A stretch of 64,000 bases of DNA, taken from positions 8,246,001-8,310,000 of the forward strand of contig JAQFVV010000006.1 of NCBI GenBank assembly GCA_028023455.1, read 5' to 3'. The stretch comes from Epiperipatus broadwayi (lineage: Eukaryota > Animalia > Onychophora). Shown piece after piece: positions 38,761 to 51,560 of the stretch. The notes below the pieces were generated by a model, which worked only from the letters and a program-made list of their open reading frames with translations, searched no databases and had not been told where the DNA came from. The position numbers were made by a program, and so were the translations under genes. Position 1 is the stretch's first letter. The number at the start of each line of letters is the position of its first letter.

Positions 38761-39450
38761 AATTGTATTAGTAGATTGTATAGTCTAGTCACTAGACTAG
38801 ACTACACACCATTTTGATACTGACAAAATACTATATCTATTTTATCATCTAAAAAATAAATTATTATTATGTAATTAAAAAAAATAAATTACTATTGAAA
38901 TTTATGTTTATATGTGAATCACTGAAAATAATTTCGGAACTGCACTCACTAAAATAGCATTTTAAATTTATTTTATCATTCCAAGAATGTTGGGAAAATA
39001 AGAAAAAGTAAATGAGTTTGAAAAACAAATATATTTATTAAAAAATGAAAGGAATTCTTATTTTTTATAATTTTAAAAATTCTAATATTTTGATAAATAA
39101 ATAATAATTTAATAAAATCTTAAAAAAAATAATTTTCATACAACTTAAAAATAATAATAATAATATAAAAACAATTTTTCTTTTACACGTGTCAAGACAT
39201 AAAAAAAAAAAAAAAACTTTTTTTTCTTAAGCAAAAATATATCAAACACACAGTATATCTATGCAGTAGTGACAGAAAAGGTTGAACACGATTATTTATA
39301 AATAATATTTATAATTGTAAGAAAGAAATGTATTAAATGTAAACATGAATGCGCTAAGCAATCTGATATTGTTGAAAAATTCCTTACAGAAAACATTTTA
39401 TTTTTTTTTTAAAACACACATATTTCTAAAAAATGACTATTAAATCAAAG

Positions 39451-39720
39451 TCGCATTCAAAATAAGCCATCATGTCAAGCGTTGGTGGTCGAATGGTCAG
39501 CACAGTTGCCTGACAAGCAGTTATCCCGGGTTTGCGGGTTCACTTCCCGGCCGATGCTATGACACATGAAAAAAAAAGCCATCGTATCGCATTAAAATAA
39601 GCCATCATGTCAAGCGTTGGTGGTCGAATGGTCAGCACAGTTGCCTGACAAGCAGTTATCCCGGGTTTGCGGGTTCACTTCCCGGCCGATGCTATGACAC
39701 ATGAAAAAAAAAGCCATCGT
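39451..39720 (+). mobile_element. Tandem duplication (135-136 bp) of a family E tRNA-SINE plus flank
   Basis: SINE bodies at 39479 and 39614 are identical. Acceptor-like GCGTTGG/CCGATGC, CT-GAC-AA loop, oligo-A tail, TSD AAGCCATC. Confidence 0.9.
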
Positions 39721-39821
39721 AATGGTTTCCTGTGGTAAAAAAGTTAATTTGTTACTATAGATTCAAAATATAGTATAAACTTTAAACTGAGAACCAGAAA
39801 TAATTTTTAATGAGTATATGT

Positions 39822-40287
39822 ATATGTTGGACTATTTCCATCATACTTTATTTAAATATTCCAAATACATTCAACTATTAGTAATAGCACACAGGTTAGT
39901 ATATGCACAATGTTTCAAGAGATATTATTCTCCCCTCTTCTTCAGTTGTTGCTGGCCTGACCAGTGACAGTACTAACATAGGAATCGAATCTGAACCCTT
40001 AGATTCTTTAAGTATTGGCAGGATGGTTCACTTGGTTAGAACATTACCTTAAATTTCATTACTCAAAGAATCTAAGGGTCCAGGTTCAATTCCCATACTA
40101 GTACTGTCATTGGTCAAGCCAGCAACACCTGAAGAAGAGAGGAGAATAATACCTCTGGAAACATGGTGCATATACTAATCTGTGTGCTATTACTAACAGA
40201 TGAATGTTTTTGGAATATTTAAATAAAGCTAAATTTTTCTCAAGACATTCAATACTCATATCAGATGATGAAAATAGTCCAACATAT
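39822..40287. mobile_element. Family D tRNA-SINE/HHR foldback
   Basis: Plus arm 40017-40287 has A-box TGGTTCACTTGG (40024), B-box GGTTCAATTCC (40083) and HHR-like 40126-40168. Minus arm 39822-40009 is 5'-truncated with HHR-like 39906-39948. Confidence 0.8.
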
Positions 40288-40991
40288 TAATACAACTAAA
40301 ACACATCATCACAAACCTTCAGGAAAATGTTAATCAATATAGTTTAAGTTAGCACATTGTTAATCAAAATAACAAATTTTTGTGCTCTACATGATTTAGT
40401 ACAGTGATAGAGTATTAGACTCACGAATGTATGGTCCTCAGATCAATTCCCTTTCGGACAACTCCGGCACTGGAATTTATGACCTCCCATGCAATAAAGC
40501 CTTTCGATTATTTTATATATTTTACTAACTTGTATGTAATCAGAAATATACAAACTGCTTATAATTAAACAATATGACTGCTGTAAAAAAATTTCCCCAC
40601 AAATTGTCAACAGTTTGTCAAAGCTACTGAACATATTTAAAAATAATGTCAACAACTTTTTGTAAATAAATTCACATAAAATAAAAAGATCGAATATATA
40701 TTTGCTAATATATATTCTCTATTTTATTTTTGGTGCACTTTATTAAGAAATCAAATTTTTTTAATACGATTTTACGTGGCTCATGGATTTTGTTTGTAAG
40801 GAAAAGAAAATGGCAGCCATTTTGGAACAATTACTAAAACAATCATTTGCGTGCATTTTGGACATAGTGGGCATAAGTTTATAATTCTTGCTACAATGAC
40901 TATTTGATTAAAGAACCAAATATTTGATAGTAAATTGAAGAATTCAAAGATATAATGAATATAAACTTCAAGTGTGCCTATATATATATAT

Positions 40992-41078
40992 TCATATGTC
41001 AAAGCGTTGACCTGGAAGCAAACCTGGCCAGCTGCTTGGAAGGCAGCTATGCTAACTGCTAGGCTACCAACGCTTGAC
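40992..41078 (-). mobile_element. Family E SINE (diverged)
   Basis: ATGTCAAAGCGTTGACCTGGAAGCAAACC...CCAACGCTTGAC matches family E ends. Confidence 0.75.
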
Positions 41079-41844
41079 AAGGGTTCCTATATTTTATAAA
41101 AAGATTGACATCTTTACGAAAACTGCACGCAGCAATGGATAAAGGGTAATTGAATGAATCTCAATTTATCACGGAATTTATGAAGCAACTAACTATGGGA
41201 ATCTTTTTTTTAAAAAAAATCTGGAATTAATTTGTAAAAAGTAGCAAAAAATAAGTTATGTATTGTAATTACTAGTTCTATTTACAAAGATGCTTCTTTG
41301 ATTAAAAAAAAGTCATATACTAAAGTGGTCGAGTGTCTCTAAAACTACCATCTAGATTTTAGAATGTTTAAAAACTGTATGCCAAAGTCAATAATTAATG
41401 GTATTATCTAAGCAATAGTGAACAAGTATTGATAACCAGTTGTAAGTCATTATAAAATTATATTCAGTCAGTTCAAACATTTATCTTAAAAATAAATACG
41501 AATAAAACTCAAATTTTAATATAACTGTATAAGAATAAAACAATGAATGAATGTAAAAATTATTAAAGATGTAGATAATTATACTTATCTATAACATGTA
41601 GAACGAATTAAAACAAATAATAAAATATGAAGTGTTAAATGACATGAAATATCCACCATAGTTAATATTAAAGAAAGCATACTCTTTTTCTTTGAAAGAC
41701 AAAAAATCAATGTAATTCTATTATTTGGATTAATGTTTAATTAACATAGACTAGAAATTTTAAAAGTGAACAAGAATTATGATAGTACAAAACATAGTAT
41801 TATAGGAACAGAAATAAATTGAATAAATCGGAACCCAAACAATT

Positions 41845-42102
41845 CACATAGTCAAAACTCTGCATATAGTAGTGCTACTCAGTGCAAGAATAATCAATGA
41901 ATATGGGAGGGTTTGTGCATAAAATCCCCATCTAGTGCCTACTCATCCAATATCCCCCGACTAGTTTCTAACTTGTGGCTTTTATCAGTGAGGAACCTTG
42001 GCTCTGAGAACCTTGCACCTACTGTATGGAGAGTTTTGCCTCAGTGAAAAACAGCTTGTGTAAGCATAAAGAATGGTGATCATGTGATATTTGATGGTTT
42101 CC
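41845..42102. mobile_element. Family A foldback with HHR 41953-41994 (-)
   Basis: Minus strand TCCTCA-CTGATAA-A AGC CACAA GTT A-GAAA-CTAG-TC^GGGGGA; possible degenerate TSD CCCAAAC(A/T)ATT. Confidence 0.7.
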
Positions 42103-44559
42103 CCCAAACTATTATTACTGATGTTAATAAAAAAATTTAAAAAAGAATTTAGGCAGAAATGATATCAGTCTTCAGCAAATAACGATTAAATTTATATACT
42201 TCTTGAGGAAATATTTAGCGATAAAATTCAACCTTGGAAAAAATCTAATATGAGAAGGCATGATGAGATCAGAAAAAGAAACCTTGCACAGTGAAATCAC
42301 AAATGCGTTATGTAAAAAAAATTAAATAAACAAGTGAAAACATTAAAATTCCTAAATTAAATAAATTTTATGATAAAACGGCAGCTTTTTTATTTATTAA
42401 TAACATTCCTTCAGATTATTTTGCTTTATTACTTTTTCTGAATTTGATGTATTTCATATAATAAAATGTTTTCTAGCCATAAAGCTAAAAGTTTTATGAA
42501 ATTTAATAAAACTTGTAAAATACCTTTCTTGTTAAATAATAAAATGAAAGATACCAATTTAGTACGATAGAAAAAAAAATTGTAAACCATTCTTACATTG
42601 CATCAGAAAGCTTAAAGTTAGAAGACTTTAATTTAGAAATGTAAAATGGGTAACAAAAAGTAGAGGAGACTTTATAAATTCTGAAATTGATAAGGACTTA
42701 AAAACTATAATCTGCTGATAACTAGACTGCTAAAATGTTATTGAAGAAAAAGAATATCCTCCAAAGTCTACTTAATTGTGATGAAAATCTAACATTTCGC
42801 TGTTCCTTTTATTTAAAAAAAATAGGTATTTCAATAACTTTGTTATTACTTTTAATTTTCGATTAAAAAGTGAATTAAAAAATATACTCATATGTAAATA
42901 TGCTCTCTCAGTTTATTATAATAATAACGTAGTTATTAATACAAATTTCTGAATACATTTAATATATGTATAAAATGTCTGTCATATGCATGTGCACATT
43001 GAAAAGTATTGTGCAATGCAGTTCAGTAAGCAACACATAATCTGTTGAAATCAAAGCTTATCAATAAAACATAAACATATATGTGATGTATGATATATAT
43101 GAGAAAGGCTTGGAGACACAACAGATATTGCAATTTAGCTATAATAGGTTCTTATAAGAAATATAAAGATGCCTTTGCTCAAAAGAGTACTATTAATGAC
43201 TATCAAAATAATAATACAAAATCACAAGGGCTTTTCAAACAAAATAATAAACCACTGAATACCCCTTATAATGTTTATGTCTGTGCAAATAAATCTTCTC
43301 TAGGTTGAATAAAACAGTTTTGACTTTAATTCTGAAAAGAACATGTTCATTTATTATGCTCGTAGTTTTTGCGAAAGAAGATCTTGCCCTTCATTATGAA
43401 GATTTGTCATAAGAAACAGGTAAAAAACAAAGAAGCTAATAAATCACTGCACATTAACTTAATGAAGTTGCCTTAATTTTTGTACTCATTTCTAGAATAC
43501 CCCATTCATCTAAATGCTTATTCTCCAGTCAAATACTCTTTTAAAAAGTTGACTATCATGACAGTGAGGGTTTAGAAGAAATAAATGTATCCAAATCTCA
43601 TGAATCTCTAAAATTTCATAATGTTATGCCTCGGAACAGAATAATGACTATGAGAAATACTAAAGACTATCTTTTGATTAATTTTGAAGAACAAGATTTT
43701 GGAAAAGAATATTCTACAAATTTTAATGTATTATAAATTTTCTAGAGTCTGGTCAATGTCTGTATCCTTTTACATTAGAATGGACAGTAATTTAAGTGGA
43801 AGACTCAACACTGCACCAAAGTTCATATGGTACTTCAGAGATTTCATGGTGATATATCCAATTCCCAAAACCACAGGATGCTTAAGCTTATCAAACTCTC
43901 AATGAATTTCTACAAAAACCAACTTGCCTATTACTGCCTCAAAATTATTCCTGTTAATTGGACCACTAATGAAACTGCAGCGAGAATATTGGTCACATGA
44001 CTAAATGTAGATCTGTTACAGTTAAATCAGTAAAGTTGAAATTATAGAACTAGACACTATTCAAAATTCTCTATTAATGATAGAAATACTTATTAAATAA
44101 GCAGCTTCCTTATCTTTCTACAGATAGAATAATATTAACCCAAATACTTATTTTTTAAAAGCTTCTATTGTATTGTATTATATGGGAATATTTGTAAAGT
44201 ACTTGATGGATTTGTGAAGTTTAGTGCAATGATCTGTGTGCTTTACTACTCATGTAACTGTATTGCAGCGGTAAAGTGTCAGACTCCAGATCGTAAAGTC
44301 CTCAGATCGATTTCAGTTATGGTATTTCCGACCTTAAATTTATTATGAACCCCTAAGTAATAAAGTTATCTAATTGTCCATGTTGTTGAGGTTTGCTGCA
44401 TTTCTGGTGTCATGTTTAAGAGCTGAAGATCACAGTTCAATCTGTCAATTCTGGTGACTCCTGAATGCAAAGCAATTATGTTTCGTAATGCAATGATACA
44501 ATAGTGGTTTCAAAAAATGAAAGTTCCTAGATCGATTTCAAACTTAAGATAATAATTAA

Positions 44560-45540
44560 ATGGAGCTTGTGGTTAAGCTATCACTTTGATGTGCAAACAT
44601 TAAAACATCTTCAAAGCAATAAACTGTACGATTATTATTATTAACAGGTCAATAATGTTGAAAAGCCTTATTTGAACTATCAGGACCCGTGTCTGCCAGG
44701 CTTACAAACCTGAGTTAGATCCTGGCCAGAATCAACTTGAAAGTTTTTTCAGCTTTCTTCATCTGGTCCGCAGCCAAGCAATTAATGGGTTTCTAGCTAG
44801 TCTCACCAAAGAAACATGGAGACGTGGTGATGTGACCAGGAGTCCATGACTTGAAGTCTGTTCCCAAAGATATCACCTTCTCTTTCACATCTTACAATCA
44901 GTCTCAACATGAAAAACATATAAGAAATGGAATCAAGACTCCACATTGCACTACGGTAGTGTTAGGATAGATGGATTTAGCCAATTGGGCTACCGGACTT
45001 TCTTGAAAGCTTTGACCTGAAATTGAAAAATTCAGGATCTCCCATTTTTAGCTTTCACAACACCAAATGCTATTGGCGCTATTGTTCAAGAATCAGATGT
45101 TTGAGCACCAAAAATACAGCTTCAAATCAAGACAATCTTTCTGGCTTACTGGTAATTCTAAGCAGCCACCCACATTGGATATTAACACCATGTGGATCCA
45201 TGACTGGAGTAACTCTAACACAAATAATCACCCTCTAATAGTTGACCCTACCCTCTGAGAACCTGATTTCCCCCTTTCAAAAAAGGCCAAAGTTAACAGA
45301 ATTTCAATGGACCAGTAAATATGGCTATATGTTGCAGAAGAAGGGACTTACAGACTCTCCAAACTGTGAGTGTGGAAGATCACAAACCATGCTGCATATT
45401 TTACAAGGAGTCGCCAATTTACCAGGCCCCTGTCGATCTCTTGGTTCTACATAACTTGGAGGAGGCGGCTCATGATTGGTTAAGAACTGTTGATGATGAG
45501 TTTTGATGCACTGATATCATAAGCTAAATAAATAAAAAGC
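44560..45540 (+). mobile_element. Degenerate Vingi/Ingi-like LINE 3' portion
   Basis: GLTDSPNCECGRSQTMLHI C-terminal motif; (TAAA)n tail at ~45525; same family as 56830. Confidence 0.6.
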
Positions 45541-46620
45541 TATTCTTAATTAGAAAATAAAAATATGAATGAAAACTTGCTCCATAAGTAATTGGTAAAC
45601 CAGGAGAGTAAAATTTTCCTGTTATTCTGTTAGGCGATCGAATAAGCTTGTCCTACAGGAACAGATATTAAAAAAAAACTTTTATATTTACATAACTTAC
45701 TCTAATGAGAGAACATGTAAATCACAATATACTTCTACCGGTTTTAAATGATAATAGCAGTTTTGATTTTCAGGTATCAATACCTTTTTGATTTGAAATC
45801 TGACAATTAGAGGACACATTATTATTAGTTCCAGCAAAATTAATTGTTTATTTATTTTTAAAATTTTATTCGAAATTTGACAATTGCTTTACCTTATGCA
45901 TCACCAGGTGGCTAAATGCAGAACTAATTTGGAAAGGATAAAAAAAAAATCTGTCAAATTAATCAGAAAATGTAAAACTCTGTTTTTTTCCCTCTAATAT
46001 TTGCAGAAAAACTGATAATAAAAAGAGTAGTTTTGAAATTAAATGCATCGTATAACAAACAAGTGTTTACATATACAAATAAAAATTGTGCGGCACTAAA
46101 CTATTTATAAAACAATATACACATCAAAATCCTAGCTTTTATTTATTAATAATAAATAACATACATTTAAAAATATTACAAAAAACAAAAGTTTATAATA
46201 TATATAAGAAAAAAAATCATCAGCTATTTCTACAAGGCGGTATATAGATGCTATCAATTTACGTGTGCGTACACGTTTCAATGTGCATATATAAAGAAAT
46301 GTTTTATTTTTTTAATTATAATACTATACATGTATATATAGCATAGAATATGACTAGTGTGTCTATATTGCCATAAGGACCAATCCGGGGCTCACGATAA
46401 AAAAAAAAAACTTCATTGGAGATTACCGTATTAATAAATAAAAAAAATCACAAAACATATACAGTAATCACATTTACATTAGTTAAAAAAATAAATCAAG
46501 AAATCATCCGTTATAAAAAATTATTCTGTGGCTATTGATACAAATTTAACCAGTTTTCCGATTAGTTGTTACTGGCCGATATAATAAAATGTTCGAGTTT
46601 ATCGCTTAGTAGAGTATAAA

Positions 46621-46658
46621 GCCTTGATAAGGACTCAAACGAGTTGAAAGCGCTTGGC
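46621..46658 (+). ncRNA. Hammerhead-like motif with variant 5' core
   Basis: GCC-TTGATAA-G GACTC AAAC GAGTT-GAAA-GCGC-TT^GGC: all three stems pair; palindromic AGCGCT. Confidence 0.5.
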
Positions 46659-48221
46659 AATAGTATTTTTTATATTATTTTAAAGTTTCCCTACATACAA
46701 TAGTCCTATTGTTATATTGTGATTTATATTTTATAATAACAAAAGTATTAGATTTATTATTACTAACACTGGTAATATAAAAAAAGACAATTGTTTGTAT
46801 ACATATATTGTTTATCAAAACAAAATCACAAATTGAAATCACTTATTACTAACATACCAGAATAATAGGCGGCCATTCCCATTTCGGGAAAATCACTGAT
46901 TACCCAATCAAACAGACACTAAATGAATAAATATTAAATATAAAGTTAAAAGTAAAAATAAAAATGAATGCTTAACAAAATCAGGACAATGAACTGTTTC
47001 AAAAAAATATGTCGGCACACAAGAACAAGAAACGTAAAACTAGAACAAATCGAGGTAAACCAGGGTGTATGGGTTCCATAATTATGACTGAATTTTATGC
47101 GCAATTCACCATATTGATCACCATCAATTTGTACCCAGTGTTTTGATTCACAATTAGTTGTTATTCATTACTGTGATTGATTGTTAAAAAAAAATTTGAA
47201 TTTTATTTTTAAAAAAAAAAAACATTTCTAATTTTTTTTAAAATGGTGGCCATTTTGTAAGATTGATGATACTGTAGGATAATGATTTCATTAGAGCTAC
47301 ATTGTCGGAGAATAATATGATGACCTTCATGCTAAAAATGTACGGTAAAGAAATTTAAAAAATAATCATTTATATTATTAAAACGACAGCAATCAACTGT
47401 ATACTGCATTTCTTTATTTAATTTTGATTGCATCTGCATAAAATAAAGGTGTGGGTCGCTTTTTTAAAAAAAAATTAATAGCACTGCAAAAAAAAAAAAG
47501 TTTTATTGGTTAGATGACACAAAAAAAAAATTTTGATAATAGTACATAAAGTGCATTTAAAAAATAAATTTTAAATTATACATTTTTTGAAATGCTTTAC
47601 TTTAACAAAAGATCAATGAAGAAATTATATTTAAAAAAAAATATGGTTACTGAAATGTTTTTATACGAAATATTTACGAATTTAAAATATCATTTACTCA
47701 GGGGGGTTTTTTTTGTATTCATTTATACATATACGGAATATTTACCCTCAGGTTGGTACTTTTATTTTTTATTATCGATATGAATAATAAAATGTTTATA
47801 CATTAATTAACACTTTTTTTCAATTTCATGCTTTATCTTTTAATCAGCCTGACACATATTTTGAATTTATGGTGACAATTTTTCATCATAGGAATTCATT
47901 ATAATTGATTATTTTTAAGCAATATTTTTTTATTTAAAAGGCATTTGGGGGAATCAATTGAACTCACTGTCCATGAAAAAGGTGTTTATATAATATGGAA
48001 ATATTTTTTGAAATATGAATTGAAAAATGTATAATCGTTAACTAAAAATCATTTGTAAAAGTTTCCATTGGTATTACATATACTATTAAAGCATTTATTC
48101 AATTTATCTAATGCTAACAGTATCTTCAAGAAATAAACATTAATATCAGAACAATATCACCTGACTTTGATGTTTTTAAGAGCTATTATCTTCACTCTAC
48201 CCGAGAGTCATCTATTATAAG

Positions 48222-48320
48222 CTTGAGTAATCAATGGATGCTAGATGGCATATAATCATCTTCAGACCAGTTTCTAACTTTTATCCTTCATCAGTAAAGA
48301 CTCTGACTCAGAGCTGAATT
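48222..48320 (-). mobile_element. Family A fragment with HHR 48259-48300
   Basis: Minus strand TCTTTA-CTGATGA-AGGATAAAAGTTA-GAAA-CTGG-TC^TGAAGA; stem I sequence differs but still pairs. Confidence 0.6.
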
Positions 48321-50329
48321 AAACAACTTACACCATCTAATAACCAGTATTTACTTCTTTATATCACTTCAAGCTAATATCATGAAAATATAAAAACTTC
48401 AAGTATTGCACTGAAAAACATAAGTACATTTGTTGATATCAATGATCACATTGTTTGCAGAACAATTATTATAAGTTTGGGAAAACCCTCGATTACAGAT
48501 TTTGAATTAAAATATCAAAACTAACTGTATTATCATTGACACTCAACAAAGAATTACATGACATAAATTACATTAAGCATACATGTTAGGAGCTATAACC
48601 ATGAAGGGTAAATCAAACTTTAAATAGTTTGATGGAATGCAAAGACCTTTCAACAATCCCCCAACTTCTTGCAAATTTCTGGGTGAAAAAAAAACCATTT
48701 TGAATTCCTTTCCAGCTATTAGTAATAATAATTCATTCAATTTATTCTATACTAGAGCCATTTGTTGTAAATTTAAGTAATTATCACACAAGTTACAGAA
48801 ATTTCAAATCCAAATTCTCACATTAACGTTTGGCTATTGGCCTTTATTATCTGGAGGATGTCAAACTAGCTATCAAATGTTCAATACCTATTCAATTCAG
48901 AAGACTAACAGACAAAAATTAGATCAGAAATTTGGTTGGGCTGATATCATTAGTGCTCATTAATTAATTAAGCTAACAATAGATGGCTTTGAAGTTGAGA
49001 AAATAGAATGTTTTAATGCTCCCAATACCAACCCTAGTAGAGAATAGATATTTTCCTTCCAATTTTTTACCACGTAAAAAAATTGTCTCTGTGTGAAAGA
49101 AAGGAAGACGAATAAACATATTAGTTTACACAAGGCTTTTTGTTAATAGGATAGTAAATTTTGACCAGTGGCAATAGTAATCTCCATTGTTAAAGTTTCA
49201 CACAACATATAAGACAATTATGAAAGGTAAGGTGTTTAGACAAAAAATAATCTTAAAAGTACTTGGTTTGAGTCTTGCGCAAAACAAGTGTCACATAGAT
49301 TATAGCATATTTAAAACTTTGAATGTAAAAGTACTATAATGTAAGAGTATTTACAAATGCAGATTGGAGACCAGATAAACATTAATATGCTTCAAGGCTA
49401 AAATAAAAGTTACATTAAAAAATGATATTGGTAGAAAATTTGATGTCTGCTTTTAAGAACCAGCTACTCTTCATGCCAAATTTCAACTAACTATTATACA
49501 CTTAAACTTGCCAATTTGGGAATTATTTGTATACTGAAGCATAACATTTTTTTGAGGAGTGTGTTGTGGGTATAAGTAGGCTTATTCTTAGGTTCACTAA
49601 AATCAAGATTCTTGACTAACTTTTTTCTCCGATTCTAGTATTTATGGTGATTCGATTAAATGGAAATATGTGGCATTATTTTCTTGGCAGAATTATAAAC
49701 CGAATGAGAAGCTAAATAAGCAATATCAAAGTTTAAATGCAGAAATTAAGCCATTCCCCAAAAGAGCTTTAAAATGTCTGGTGGATTGAAACATCCAAGG
49801 AAATCGTCACTTGCTGCTAACGGTCATTTCAGATGTTTTTTTTTTTCAATGCAGTGAAACCATAACATATGAACCTGAAAATTGAATCAAGTCCTTTTAA
49901 ATTCTTGGAAAGCAACTGGATGGAAAACTTTGACAACTTTTTAAATAATACAAGCATCTGAAAATATATTGGCATTGATATACGAAAAGGGTATTATTTG
50001 CAAGTTCATTCAAACTGATTTGTTAGGAATCTGGTTTGTGAATTACCAGTGACATTTTTAGACTCGGATTGTCCAATGAATAGATTTTATCAGAGCTCCA
50101 TATTTGATAAATTTGTAATTTATTTCTAAGCCTGTTAAAATTATTAGAAGAATGCATATGGTTGTTATTAATAATATATCTACCTGTTTAGTTTTGGACA
50201 AATGTATTCACCTTAAGTATGTTACCTTCAAAACAACAAAAAAACGTTTAGAATATACTGATCCATGATGTTGCATCGCCTAATCTTAAATAACCTTCTA
50301 TTAAATCCAATTTATAAAACTGACAGAAA

Positions 50330-51560
50330 TGGAATGTAGTAATTATCAAAGAATATAACTATTATCCACTAGCAGAAAAGTACTTTACAGAATTATTGAA
50401 AAGACTTATTCTAATCATAAATGAGTAGTTATTATAGATATTGGACGTGAAGTAGAAAATCAAAATAGAGTTTCTTGGACTATGCAAAAAAAAAAAAAAA
50501 GAGATATGTAATTTAGGATTGATTATACCTAATTTGTCAAAGCATTTGGTTCAATTGGCCAAAGAAGTTTATGGCAATGTTTGAAGTTGATTGGTTGTTC
50601 ACTCATATTGAGCAGCTCTTCGATGTCAAAATGAGTTCAAGCCATAATACTGCTGGGAGAAAATTAAAAGCATTTAAAATAACTGCTGCTATATTGAAAT
50701 GTATCCTAGCGATAATTTTTACTTTCCAATTGAATAACAGAAGTTCTTGAAACAGATTACGCACAGCTTCATGAATAAGGTATGAAGATGAATTAGGCAT
50801 GCTCTTCATGGCAAAGTTTTAAATCTGAATTGATTAAAATCAGAAACAAAACATCACCTTTATTGCTTCTAGATTTAAAGTATTCAAATGATTATGCCTT
50901 TCTAGTCAATTTGAAGGATTATGTACAAAATACTATTAATTTTGCAACGTATAAAAATATTTCTGTAATTAAAATTTAAAAAACAACTGCTTTAGGGGAA
51001 AAAACTTCAGTAATTTTTAGCTTGGAAAACTTATCAGATCAAGAATATGAGTAACTTTTTTGGTAAAACAGAAGATGTAAGTGTTGAAATACAAGGGAGA
51101 CTCCCATATACTGCAGCATTTAATACCATATATCATGTTATAACTACTCTCAATTAAATAGCAGTACATATAGAAAGGTTGCTATATTTTTCAATTTACT
51201 GTATATTAGTGAGACCTAATCCCTATTGATATAACATAAAAACATTAGAAAATGTTTATCTAAAGGTATTCTATGAGATTCTAAAAAGATAAAAAGACTA
51301 GCCATTATTTATTTCACCTTGCTGTCCATGTTTATGTTGAATCTTCTACTGCAAAGGCAAATCATCATTGAATTGTCCTTGTAAAATAGATGAATGATAA
51401 CAGATTTCCAAAAAATATATATTATAGGGTTTTTGAGGATGGTTTTCTTTGACAAAGCAGATTTTGAAGATGTAGTAAAGATTCTATCAAAAACCCTGAG
51501 GAAGATATTGATTGCTTTAACTGAAAAGATATAGATGATGATGAGGGAAAATAAAAAACA
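50330..51560 (+). mobile_element. Highly degenerate RTE LINE (BovB-like motif spacing)
   Basis: Plus-frame remnants ECSNYQRI*LLSTSRKVLYRII (50330), FVKAFGSIGQRSLWQCLKLIGC (50535) and MNDNRFPKNIYYR (51390); may extend upstream to ~49.4 kb. Confidence 0.6.

Noticed and set aside
39479-39714. Genuine tRNA-Val genes
   Set aside because: Expanded variable region, non-canonical T-loop, shared SINE tail and TSDs.
40255-40287. Second HHR at the family D 3' end (GATGATGGAAATAGTCC)
   Set aside because: All copies lack CTG before ATGA and GAAA after the hairpin.
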